Source of the DNA: a virus
Length of the DNA stretch: 64,000 nt
Direction: 5' to 3' (one strand)
IMG/VR virus record: IMGVR_UViG_3300046318_000188
Coordinates: 32,001-96,000 of that record
Below the pieces are notes generated by a model. That model was not told the origin of the DNA, ran no database searches, and saw only the letters and a program-made list of their open reading frames with translations. The translations under genes and the position numbers were made by a program. This document shows positions 10,015-18,009 of this stretch, piece after piece; the first letter of the stretch is position 1, and each line of letters begins with the position of its first letter.

Positions 10015-10686
10015 ATGAAGTTATCAAATGAAACCCTAACAGTATTGAAGAACTTTTCCTCAATCAATCAAGGCCTTCAATTTAAACAAGGCAAAAGACT
10101 TACTACTGTTTCGGCTAGTAAGACGGTACTTGCTCAAGCAAATCTTAGTGATGAATTTCCAAAAGAATTCTGTATCTATGATTTAAATCAATTCTTGTCT
10201 GTTTACAATCTTAATAAAGATCCAGAACTTGATTTTACCGATTCTGATGTTGTCTTTAATAGTGGCAAAAAGAAAACAAACTATCGTATGACCGCACCTG
10301 ATATGATTGTTGTTCCACCAAATAAAGAAATTACATTACCTTCTGTTGATTGTGAATTTACTTTATCGGCTGAAGATTATGATTCCATTATGAAAGCGGC
10401 TTCGGTTCTTTCTTCACCACATATTGGTGTAAGGTCTGATGGTGAATCCGTTGAAATTGTTACCTTTGATGCCAATGATAATTCAGCACACACAAACTCA
10501 ACACAAGTTGGTGAAGGCAATGGTAAAAAGTATACAGTTGTTTTTAAAACTGAAAACATCAAGTTAATTCCTGGCAGTTATACAGTACAAATCTCATTTA
10601 AGGGTATTGGACATTTCCAAAATACTAAAGAAGATATTCAGTATTGGATTGCCTTTGAAGCCAAAGAATCGAAAGTGAGTGAATAA
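10015..10686 (+). CDS. gp45: Sliding clamp gp45
   Basis: 'MKLSNETLTVLKNFSSINQG', 'IYDLNQFL', 'YWIAFE'. Confidence 0.92.
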   Translation: MKLSNETLTVLKNFSSINQGLQFKQGKRLTTVSASKTVLAQANLSDEFPKEFCIYDLNQFLSVYNLNKDPELDFTDSDVVFNSGKKKTNYRMTAPDMIVVPPNKEITLPSVDCEFTLSAEDYDSIMKAASVLSSPHIGVRSDGESVEIVTFDANDNSAHTNSTQVGEGNGKKYTVVFKTENIKLIPGSYTVQISFKGIGHFQNTKEDIQYWIAFEAKESKVSE

Positions 10687-10871
10687 TGTTTTTAAAATTT
10701 ACAGAAACAAAATCAAATACAGTAATTGTTATTAATTTAAAACACATCGTAGCGGCATTTGAAGCAGCTGATGGTGAATTTGAAGGTAAGACTATTATCA
10801 ATTTGGTAAACGGTGCAGTAGCTGTTGAAGAATCTTTAGTTACGGTCATGGGCCAATTGGCGGCAGCATAA
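10686..10871 (+). CDS. Small hypothetical protein
   Basis: Translationally coupled to gp45. Confidence 0.6.
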   Translation: MFLKFTETKSNTVIVINLKHIVAAFEAADGEFEGKTIINLVNGAVAVEESLVTVMGQLAAA

Positions 10872-10872
10872 T

Positions 10873-11151
10873 ATGGCGACTGAAATTCAAACACTATACG
10901 GAACATACAATGAGGAACAATTAAAGGCACTCAAGTCTGTAATTGATGAAATCAATGTATCTCAGACCAAGATTGATTTTGAGAAACAGGTACAAAAAGA
11001 AATCATTGATGTTGCATTTGATAACTTTAAGATTCCAAAAAAGATTATTGCTAGAATGGCAAAAGTCAAATACAAACAAAACTTCTCAACGGAAGTTGCA
11101 GAACAGAAAGAGTTTGAAGCTCTATTTGAAGTTCTTAGTGAAGTAAAGTAA
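10873..11151 (+). CDS. T4 DsbA-like dsDNA-binding protein
   Basis: 'FKIPKKIIARMAKVKYKQNF..E.AE..EFEALFE' pattern. Confidence 0.6.
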   Translation: MATEIQTLYGTYNEEQLKALKSVIDEINVSQTKIDFEKQVQKEIIDVAFDNFKIPKKIIARMAKVKYKQNFSTEVAEQKEFEALFEVLSEVK

Positions 11152-11179
11152 GTATTATATTATATTATGGGAGTATGTG

Positions 11180-12112
11180 ATGGAACAATTATTATGGGTC
11201 GAGAAGTATCGACCACAAAAAGTGGAAGATTGTATCCTACCGGATGCAATCAAATCCACCTTCATGGAATATGTTGCTAGAAAAGAAATACCGAATCTAC
11301 TATTATCAGGTACAGCGGGTGTTGGTAAGACAACGATTGCTAAAGCCCTCTGTAATGAAGTTGGTTGTGACTATATTGTTATCAACGGCTCTGATGAATC
11401 TGGTATTGATGTTCTCCGAAATAAAATTAAAAACTATGCTTCGTCAATCAGTCTTGCGGGCGGCCGCAAAGTTGTAATCATTGATGAAGCGGACTATCTA
11501 AATCCTAATTCCACACAACCAGCGTTGCGTGGTGCCATTGAGGAGTTCTCCTCAAACTGTTCTTTTATCTTTACTTGTAATTTTAAGAACCGTATTATCG
11601 ATCCAATTCACTCACGGTGTTCCGTCATTGACTTTAAAATCAATGGCAGTAAGGCAAAGATGGCTGCGGCTTTCTTTAAACGTGTTGAGTGGATTCTTGA
11701 ACAAGAAAATGTTCAATATGATAAAGAAGTCGTTGCTGCTGTTATCACAAAACACTTTCCTGATAATCGTAGAGTTCTTAATGAACTACAGCGTTATTCG
11801 GTTTCTGGTGTAATCGATAAAGGTATTCTAGCTAATGTTGCTGATGTTCAACTTGGTGACCTCATTTCCGCATTAAAAAATAAAGATTTTGCCTCAACTC
11901 GTAAATGGGTTACCTCAAACCTAGACAACGATCCAGTAAAGATTTATCGTAAACTCTATGACGGTCTTTATGAAATATTGAAACCACAATCAGTCCCACA
12001 ATTGGTTCTCATTCTTGCCAAGTATCAATATCAGGCTGCCTTTGTGGCGGATCATGAGATTAATATGGTTGCCTGTTTGACCGAGATTATGGTGGATTGT
12101 GAGTTCAAATAA
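11180..12112 (+). CDS. gp44: Clamp loader large subunit gp44
   Basis: LWVEKYRP, GTAGVGKTT, DEAD, SRC motif. Confidence 0.95.
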   Translation: MEQLLWVEKYRPQKVEDCILPDAIKSTFMEYVARKEIPNLLLSGTAGVGKTTIAKALCNEVGCDYIVINGSDESGIDVLRNKIKNYASSISLAGGRKVVIIDEADYLNPNSTQPALRGAIEEFSSNCSFIFTCNFKNRIIDPIHSRCSVIDFKINGSKAKMAAAFFKRVEWILEQENVQYDKEVVAAVITKHFPDNRRVLNELQRYSVSGVIDKGILANVADVQLGDLISALKNKDFASTRKWVTSNLDNDPVKIYRKLYDGLYEILKPQSVPQLVLILAKYQYQAAFVADHEINMVACLTEIMVDCEFK

Positions 12113-12501
12113 TGCCGGATCTATTCAAAGAAATTGTACCTTCCATATTAGAAAAGAAAAAATCTGTCTTTCGTGACGAACTGGATTATAAGGATTACAA
12201 GCCCTTCCTTATCAACCGAGCCTTATCCTATCATATGGACTGTGTGTTATATGTCAATGAAATGAATATAAACAACAAGTTAGATGTGGATATGCAATAC
12301 CAATATCTTCTAAATACAATTAGGTCAATGAAACGGAAATTCCAACCGTGGCAGAAATCAGAGACCGATAAAGACATTGAGTGTGTGAAGCAGTATTTCG
12401 GTTATTCAAATGAAAAAGCCAAAGAAGCTCTGCGTATTCTTACTGATGAACAAGTCGCTGAAATAAAAGCAAAAATAACAAAAGGCGGAGTGAACAAGTA
12501 A
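12112..12501 (+). CDS. gp62: Clamp loader small subunit gp62
   Basis: 'YKPFLINRALSY', 'YFGYSNEKAKEALRIL'; synteny. Confidence 0.9.
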   Translation: MPDLFKEIVPSILEKKKSVFRDELDYKDYKPFLINRALSYHMDCVLYVNEMNINNKLDVDMQYQYLLNTIRSMKRKFQPWQKSETDKDIECVKQYFGYSNEKAKEALRILTDEQVAEIKAKITKGGVNK

Positions 12502-12908
12502 TGATTTCAATTATTGATTTAGTTGAGGTTACATTAAACGAAAGAGATGATTTCTTAAAGGTCAGAGAAACGCTTACCCGTATTGGTGTTGCTTCCAAAA
12601 AAGACAGAATATTATACCAATCTTGCCATATTCTACATAAGCAAGGTTTATATTATATCGTACATTTCAAAGAACTATTTGCTTTAGATGGTAAACCTAC
12701 TGATATCTCCGAAAACGATTTATCTCGTAGAAATGCCATTGTGAAACTGTTGTCAGATTGGGGACTGGTAACGATTGTTAATAAGTCTAAGGTCGAAACA
12801 CCACCTCCTATCTTCCTATCACAGATTAAGATTCTTTCCCATAAAGAGAAACATGATTGGGAATTAATGCCAAAATATAATATTGGTAAAAAACCACAGT
12901 CCTATTGA
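12501..12908 (+). CDS. regA: Translational repressor RegA
   Basis: 'DDFLKVRETLTRIGVAS', 'LYQSCHILHKQG.YYIVHFKELF'. Confidence 0.95.
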   Translation: MISIIDLVEVTLNERDDFLKVRETLTRIGVASKKDRILYQSCHILHKQGLYYIVHFKELFALDGKPTDISENDLSRRNAIVKLLSDWGLVTIVNKSKVETPPPIFLSQIKILSHKEKHDWELMPKYNIGKKPQSY

Positions 12909-12935
12909 CATTTCAGTAGGACTGTGTTATAAATA
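12905..12935 (+). promoter_or_regulatory. Composite early/late promoter of hsp20
   Basis: TTGACA at 12905, 17 bp before T4 late promoter TATAAATA (12928-12935). Confidence 0.6.
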
Positions 12936-13000
12936 TACTTGTAGTCGCCTAATGGGATTACATTTTTTGAAACTCGCTTAATACACAAGGAGAACTAAGC

Positions 13001-13456
13001 ATGAACACAACTATCAACGCATTATTTCCACAACTCAAAACTCTCAGCAAGTCTTTGGATCCATTCACCATCGGTTTCGATGATGTTTTGAGCCAGATTA
13101 ATGAACTCTCTGAATCCGTAACCAAGGCAGTTCCTGGTTTCCCTCCATACAATATCAAACAAGTTAAAGATAACAAATACGTTATCGAAATGGCAGTAGC
13201 TGGTTTTGCCAAAACTGATATTGAAGTAACTTTGGATGGTAACAAACTGGTTATCAAAGGTAACGCTTCAGAAGAAGAATTACCAGAAGATAATTACATT
13301 TTCAAAGGTATCGCAACTCGTAACTTTACTCGTCAATTCACATTGGCTGATAAGGTAGAGATTAAAGATGCCGAGATTGTAAATGGTATGTTAAAGGTTT
13401 GGTTGGAAAACTATGTTAAGGCACAAGATGCCGTCAAGAAAATTGCCATTAAGTAA
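13001..13456 (+). CDS. Small heat shock protein Hsp20 (IbpA-like)
   Basis: 'FPPYNI', 'IEMAVAGF', 'KGIATRNFTRQFTLAD', 'NGML'. Confidence 0.92.
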   Translation: MNTTINALFPQLKTLSKSLDPFTIGFDDVLSQINELSESVTKAVPGFPPYNIKQVKDNKYVIEMAVAGFAKTDIEVTLDGNKLVIKGNASEEELPEDNYIFKGIATRNFTRQFTLADKVEIKDAEIVNGMLKVWLENYVKAQDAVKKIAIK

Positions 13457-13470
13457 TTGGTAATATCAAT

Positions 13471-13508
13471 GGGGGTTGGTTGACAACCCCCTTCTTTTGA
13501 GTTATACT
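13471..13508 (+). terminator. Intrinsic terminator overlapping a sigma70 promoter
   Basis: GGGGGTTG/CAACCCCC hairpin + T tract; TTGACA(13480)-N17-TATACT(13503) embedded. Confidence 0.65.
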
Positions 13509-13515
13509 TTATATT

Positions 13516-13746
13516 ATGAAAAAAAATCTAAGACCCGGTTATGTTGCTGGTAATACTGGCGACAAATCTATACTGAAAAAGGTTCGTTCCAAAACGAATT
13601 CTGACATCTATTACACCTATTCAAATTGGGCAACCAACGAGATTGAAGGAATAACTTTTATTCCTGTGGTTAAAGAAGTACCCAATCAAACCAAAAATCA
13701 AGTAATTTTTTATATGCGTAAAGATAATGTGGAGTATGTGAAATGA
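13516..13746 (+). CDS. Hypothetical protein
   Basis: ORF after promoter, coupled to next gene. Confidence 0.6.
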   Translation: MKKNLRPGYVAGNTGDKSILKKVRSKTNSDIYYTYSNWATNEIEGITFIPVVKEVPNQTKNQVIFYMRKDNVEYVK

Positions 13747-13949
13747 ATAGATTAGAAACCTGGAATTTAAATCAACGCCGTTATTTCGAACCTAGTAGTA
13801 AAGATGATTTAAAAATGTTTCGTAAATATCTACACTCATTAAGTTGGGGTGATGGTGGTTGTCCCTTTTATTTGGAATGGCCATATTTGGATGTTCCATC
13901 AATGTTGAAAGATAAGATTACCAACTATACACTTAAAGGTGTAAAATGA
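13743..13949 (+). CDS. Hypothetical protein
   Basis: ATGA overlap; 'CPFYLEWPY'. Confidence 0.65.
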   Translation: MNRLETWNLNQRRYFEPSSKDDLKMFRKYLHSLSWGDGGCPFYLEWPYLDVPSMLKDKITNYTLKGVK

Positions 13950-14116
13950 ATTGGTTAAAACATTCTGGTTGTAACATTACTTTGAAATTAAATCCATTCC
14001 ATTGGAGATTTCATTGTGCTTATAATCAAACCAATGAAGCGTGGGAACAAGACGCTTTAGTATTAGAATTATTTCCTATTACCATTAGAGTATGGATTGA
14101 TGACGGAAGTTGGTAA
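13946..14116 (+). CDS. Small hypothetical protein (56 aa, MNWLKHSG...)
   Basis: Read manually; ATGA overlap with previous ORF. Confidence 0.55.
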   Translation: MNWLKHSGCNITLKLNPFHWRFHCAYNQTNEAWEQDALVLELFPITIRVWIDDGSW

Positions 14117-14219
14117 TCAATTTTATTGATAACTCAAATCAAAATATATCATAATTTAAATAATGAGTTTTTACAGTTTTTCATAATAGATACTACTATG
14201 ATTAACTTTTGGAGGATGT

Positions 14220-14669
14220 ATGAGTATTACAATTAAAAATCTTGAGGGTGCATTGGCTGGCGAATCCATGGCTCACATCAAGTATCGTTATTTCGCTAAG
14301 ATTGCTCGTGAAGAAGGATTTGAAGATGTTGCAAAACACTTTGAACATACAGCAGAACAAGAGATTCTCCATGCATGGGGACATCTTGAACTTTTAATTG
14401 GTAAACCTTCCACTAAAGAATGTTTAGAAAAAGCCATTGAAGGTGAAACATATGAATTTACCACAATGTATCCTGATTTTGAAAAAGAAGCAATCTTTGA
14501 AGGCAACAATGAAGCAGCTGCTGAAGCTCGTTTACAGGCAGAAGAATCAAAAGAACATGCTGAACAATTTATTCAAGTGTTACGAAAAGCCGAAAAACGA
14601 TTCAAAGCATTAAAAGGTGTTGAAGAACGCCATGCAAATGCCTATAAAAAAGTATTGGAGAACCTATAA
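14220..14669 (+). CDS. Rubrerythrin (di-iron domain)
   Basis: 'NLEGALAGESMA..KY..FA..A.EEG', 'E..HA', 'GETYE...MYP'. Confidence 0.9.
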   Translation: MSITIKNLEGALAGESMAHIKYRYFAKIAREEGFEDVAKHFEHTAEQEILHAWGHLELLIGKPSTKECLEKAIEGETYEFTTMYPDFEKEAIFEGNNEAAAEARLQAEESKEHAEQFIQVLRKAEKRFKALKGVEERHANAYKKVLENL

Positions 14670-14803
14670 TGGAACAAAGACACGTTTGTATTGTATGTGG
14701 TCATGTCCACGATGAAAAGACTGAAGGTAAATGGGAAGATTTACCAGACAATTTTGAGTGTCCTGAATGTGGTGTAAGTAAAGAAGATTACGTTACTGAA
14801 TGA
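14669..14803 (+). CDS. Rubredoxin (44 aa)
   Basis: Read manually: MEQRHVCIVCGHVHDEKTEGKWEDLPDNFECPECGVSKEDYVTE, two CxxCG motifs. Confidence 0.9.
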   Translation: MEQRHVCIVCGHVHDEKTEGKWEDLPDNFECPECGVSKEDYVTE

Positions 14804-15399
14804 TACCAAGAAAGTTAACTCCTTTCGACAAAGATAAACTCATTGACCACTTTATGCTTGATATTGTGGAAAATGATAGACGTTTGAGATTTGGTTATGA
14901 AGCACCAAATGATGCAGTCAAAAAATATATTGACGATTCACTACAAAATTATGGATATGTCAATATGTGGTTTGTTGTAGAAATTGATTCTTTTGACCGA
15001 TTTGATGGCAAAAAAATTATTGCTACTTGTCATGTGGCTATGAATAGAGAAACGAACACCGCCGAAATGGGTTGCACGGTTTCGCCTCAGTACCGTAACC
15101 AGAAACTGGGGCAAGAATTATTTAATCGTGGAATTACTTGGGCTAGAATGGCAGGTGCAGAAAATGTATTCATGCATTGCCTTTCTGAAAATAGAGCAAT
15201 TCAACATATCGCCAAGAAAGGTGGTATGACAGTTGTTACTATTGACCCATCTGAAAAAGAGTCCACGATTCAGATTAGACAGAATCGTTATGAAGCTGGT
15301 TTTAAAGATATGGTTATGGACCAGATTGCTGTTTATGACGCAGCAATCCGTCAACAGACATTCTTTGCTAAGAAGTTCTTGAAAGGTTTGGTAAAGTGA
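14800..15399 (+). CDS. GNAT family acetyltransferase
   Basis: 'AEMGCTVSPQYRNQKLGQELF' motif A; 'CLSENRAIQHIAKK.GM'. Confidence 0.8.
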   Translation: MIPRKLTPFDKDKLIDHFMLDIVENDRRLRFGYEAPNDAVKKYIDDSLQNYGYVNMWFVVEIDSFDRFDGKKIIATCHVAMNRETNTAEMGCTVSPQYRNQKLGQELFNRGITWARMAGAENVFMHCLSENRAIQHIAKKGGMTVVTIDPSEKESTIQIRQNRYEAGFKDMVMDQIAVYDAAIRQQTFFAKKFLKGLVK

Positions 15400-15842
15400 A
15401 AGTAAAATTTATTCCAATGTATATGGAGATTGCTGGCATTATCGCCAAACAATCTTCAGCCAAAAGATTACAGGTTGGTGCGATTGTCGTAAAAGAAGAT
15501 AGAGTAATCTCCATCGGTTATAATGGTATGCCTGCTGGTTGGACCAATGAATGTGAAGAAGTGGTAGAAGTTCATGAAGATGGTGGAATCGTCACCAAAA
15601 CCAAACCAGAGGTCATTCACGCAGAGGCTAATGCCATCGCTAAACTGGCCAAAGGCAATGAATCTGGAGATGGTTCCACGATGTTCCTGACCCACGCTCC
15701 ATGCCTAGACTGCGCTAAACAAATTTATACCGCCGGCATCAAAACGGTATATTTTAAAGATTATTATAAGAATGTTGATGGAATACAGTTCCTAGAACGG
15801 TGCCATGTAAAAATCAAGAGAATTTCACCTGGTGAAATCTAG
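15396..15842 (+). CDS. cd: dCMP deaminase
   Basis: 'IGYNG.P.G', HAEANA, PCLDC. Confidence 0.9.
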   Translation: MKVKFIPMYMEIAGIIAKQSSAKRLQVGAIVVKEDRVISIGYNGMPAGWTNECEEVVEVHEDGGIVTKTKPEVIHAEANAIAKLAKGNESGDGSTMFLTHAPCLDCAKQIYTAGIKTVYFKDYYKNVDGIQFLERCHVKIKRISPGEI

Positions 15843-15922
15843 GTGCTTGATAAATATTGGTAAGTGTGATATAATTTAATTCGAAATGTGCTTATTGGGT
15901 CAACTTATTAAGGAGAGACCTA

Positions 15923-16420
15923 ATGCAGTTAAGTATAGTCGGTTGTCCCGATAAAAAACATTTCCGCCCGTTTGTAAAAAGGGCTGCCTTATTTTACGCT
16001 TCCGAATTGATTAAACCTAAGATGTTAGAAAACATCTTTTTGAGAATTAAATTTAGTTCTAAGATTGAAGCTCATGGATATGCCTCTGTGATAGAGTTCA
16101 GTAGAAGTAATAAACCAAGACAGTTTGAAATTGAATTACATCCTGGTATCGGCGCAGCAGAAATATTAAAAACACTCAGTCATGAAATGGTGCATATTAA
16201 GCAATACATTTATGGTGATGTTAATTTAAATCTGACCAGATGGAAAGGCAGTAAAGTTTTAGAACCTGATTATTGGGTTCAACCATGGGAAATAGAAGCC
16301 TATGGTATGCAAGCAGGACTATTTACAAAGTTTGCAGTAAAAGAAAAATTATGGAATATATTTGATGATATGTGTGATCCTGATAGTCCGATAGAAATGA
16401 AACCATTAGGTTGGAAATAA
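15923..16420 (+). CDS. Zinc metallopeptidase-like protein
   Basis: HEMVH motif and 'PWEIEAY'; late-promoter-like GATAAATA upstream. Confidence 0.7.
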   Translation: MQLSIVGCPDKKHFRPFVKRAALFYASELIKPKMLENIFLRIKFSSKIEAHGYASVIEFSRSNKPRQFEIELHPGIGAAEILKTLSHEMVHIKQYIYGDVNLNLTRWKGSKVLEPDYWVQPWEIEAYGMQAGLFTKFAVKEKLWNIFDDMCDPDSPIEMKPLGWK

Positions 16421-16421
16421 A

Positions 16422-16494
16422 TGTTGCTAAAAAGCAACAGTATTTGGTAAATAATTACAAAGTTGTTGACAATTGAGCATATATACTATATCAT
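16422..16494 (+). promoter_or_regulatory. Promoter of tRNA-array leader with upstream TGTTG-N8-CAACA palindrome
   Basis: Palindrome 16422-16439; TTGACA(16466)-N17-TATCAT(16489). Confidence 0.7.
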
Positions 16495-16531
16495 ACACAG
16501 TATTGAATAAATTAATTAAGAAAGAAATAAA

Positions 16532-16633
16532 ATGTTGTTTGTAACGAAACCTTTATCCATGCAGTCAGAGTATCGCACACCGAGCAATTGGCCAGCGATT
16601 GGCTTTGACCATGCCTCAGGGGTTCGTGTATAG
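16532..16633 (+). CDS. Putative attenuator leader peptide (33 aa: MLFVTKPLSMQSEYRTPSNWPAIGFDHASGVRV)
   Basis: Read manually; final codons form the 5' arm of an antiterminator; 19 amino acids, 29 distinct codons. Confidence 0.65.
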   Translation: MLFVTKPLSMQSEYRTPSNWPAIGFDHASGVRV

Positions 16634-16694
16634 AACAAAAGTAATTTCCTTTCACACACGAACCCTAGTCTAAACAACTAGGGTTTTTTGTTTT
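16620..16694 (+). terminator. Attenuator: antiterminator 16620-16629/16656-16665 competing with terminator 16661-16669/16677-16685 + U tract
   Basis: GGGTTCGTGT/ACACGAACCC perfect 10 bp; AACCCTAGT/ACTAGGGTT 9 bp then TTTTGTTTT; the two share AACCC. Confidence 0.8.
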
Positions 16695-16705
16695 CCAGTT
16701 TCAAA

Positions 16706-16751
16706 TTACTAGACACTAAAATTTCAGTCTAGTAACGCTCTCTAAAAATTT
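16706..16751 (+). promoter_or_regulatory. boxB-like hairpin plus boxA-like antitermination element
   Basis: TTACTAGAC/GTCTAGTAA hairpin then CGCTCTCTAAAAATT (cf. rrn boxA TGCTCTTTAACA). Confidence 0.55.
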
Positions 16752-16764
16752 AAGTAGTAACTAT

Positions 16765-16838
16765 TGAGATATAGTGTAACGGTAGCACCACGCACTTTGA
16801 CTGCGTTAGCATAGGTTCAAATCCTATTATCTCTACCA
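16765..16838 (+). tRNA. tRNA-Gln(TTG)
   Basis: Cloverleaf, ACGCA-CTTTGAC-TGCGT, encoded CCA. Confidence 0.9.
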
Positions 16839-16840
16839 AT

Positions 16841-16934
16841 GGAAGGTAATGCAGCGGGGATGGTCCTGCGACTGGCCTTGAAAACCAGGTTCTGCCTAAA
16901 AGCGGATGGGGTTCGACTCCTCTGCCTTCCGCCA
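16841..16934 (+). tRNA. tRNA-Ser(TGA)
   Basis: Loop CTTGAAA, long variable arm, GCCA end. Confidence 0.9.
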
Positions 16935-17057
16935 TATTGAAGCATACTGCGGTGGTGTTACATATTATATCTAGTCAATATAATATGCCTATGCTAAGAG
17001 TATGATTAAATGTTCCGACAGCCTTAGACTAAGGTTCATTAGTGTGCTTCAATATGG
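16932..17057 (+). ncRNA. Stem-bounded RNA element 1 (RNase III-like stem)
   Basis: CCATATTGAAGCATACT ... AGTGTGCTTCAATATGG 17-bp stem. Confidence 0.6.
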
Positions 17058-17063
17058 TTTATT

Positions 17064-17150
17064 GGAAGATGTGTTGCAAGGTGCGACCGAAGTTTGCTAA
17101 ACTTCCGTTCAGAAATGGGCTGATAGGTTCGATTCCTATATCTTCCGCCA
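17064..17150 (+). tRNA. tRNA-Ser(GCT)
   Basis: GAAGT-TTGCTAA-ACTTC, long variable arm. Confidence 0.88.
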
Positions 17151-17152
17151 AT

Positions 17153-17227
17153 GGTGGTGTGACCGAATGGTGAGGTGACAGTCTGCAAAACTGGTCCAAG
17201 TAGGTTCGATTCCTATCACCACCTCCA
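17153..17227 (+). tRNA. tRNA-Cys(GCA)
   Basis: Loop CTGCAAA, U73, CCA. Confidence 0.9.
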
Positions 17228-17232
17228 GTATG

Positions 17233-17325
17233 TGTTGTACCAAAACAACAGTATCAAAAATAGTTCTTGTGGTATTTTTTGGTTCGTGTATAATAGTTGT
17301 TCTGTTGTAAAGTTCTTTAAAAATT
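17233..17325 (+). promoter_or_regulatory. Internal promoter with TGTTG-N8-CAACA box and boxA-like element
   Basis: Palindrome 17233-17250; TATAAT 17289-17294; GTTCTTTAAAAATT 17312-17325. Confidence 0.65.
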
Positions 17326-17338
17326 AAGTAGTAACAAT

Positions 17339-17413
17339 ACACCGTTCGTCTATCGGTTAGGACCCAAGGTTTTCAACCTTGTAAGAGGAGTTCAACTCTC
17401 CTACGGTGTACCA
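17339..17413 (+). tRNA. tRNA-Glu(TTC)
   Basis: CAAGG-TTTTCAA-CCTTG. Confidence 0.9.
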
Positions 17414-17527
17414 TATTGAAGCACATTTAAACCTTAACAGGTCGGTATTGGTAAGCCAAAACCTCTATTAGTAAGTTCGAGAATTTATTAGTAAGTTTAT
17501 TTCACCTTAATGTGTTTCAATATGGTA
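17409..17527 (+). ncRNA. Stem-bounded RNA element 2
   Basis: TACCATATTGAAGCACATT ... AATGTGTTTCAATATGGTA 19-bp stem. Confidence 0.6.
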
Positions 17528-17674
17528 AGTAATGGCAAAAAATATAATATTGTTCTTTTTAATCTTGCTAATATCGCGGTTAGTGGGTGACATAAGAAAA
17601 ATGTTAAACAAGTATGCGACCTAGAAGCGGGTGGACAAACGTGACTGTGGGCCACCAAGGTAGTCAACATTACA

Positions 17675-17753
17675 TACTATATTGAAACATATTAGATCAG
17701 TGACCGTTCCGACAGGTGCGGCGACATTAAAGTGAGTGTGTTTCAATATGGTA
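17675..17753 (+). ncRNA. Stem-bounded RNA element 3
   Basis: TACTATATTGAAACATATT ... AGTGTGTTTCAATATGGTA, three G-U pairs. Confidence 0.6.
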
Positions 17754-17754
17754 A

Positions 17755-17878
17755 TATCTGAAGCATAGCAAGTGATGCTAGAGGTAGGGGTAAGCATTGA
17801 ACTCGAGATAGGTGCTTATGAGTAACTCGACCGGTCTCACCCGGTGAAGCGTATTGCAACCATACGCCAGATACACCA
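17755..17878 (+). ncRNA. Multi-hairpin RNA ending in ACCA
   Basis: TATCTG/CAGATA closing stem with four internal hairpins, 3' CACCA. Confidence 0.5.
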
Positions 17879-17949
17879 TATTAAAACACACTTCAGGCGG
17901 GGAGGCTCCGCTCCAAATATCAAAGTGAGGTAGTGTGTTTCAATATGGT
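17875..17949 (+). ncRNA. Stem-bounded RNA element 4
   Basis: ACCATATTAAAACACACT ... AGTGTGTTTCAATATGGT. Confidence 0.6.
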
Positions 17950-18009
17950 ATGACTCTGCTGGGTATGAATCAGATTCTCCGGCGGGTAAGTTACTACCAT
18001 ATCAAATTT

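Noticed and set aside
16422-16439. TGTTG-N8-CAACA as a LexA/SOS box
   Set aside because: Does not match CTGT-N8-ACAG or other LexA consensus sequences I know; kept as an unknown operator.
16932-17949. CRISPR array interpretation of the recurring ATATTGAA/TTCAATAT sequences
   Set aside because: They are inverted arms around variable-length interiors, interspersed with tRNAs; there is no regular direct repeat-spacer period and no cas gene in the window.
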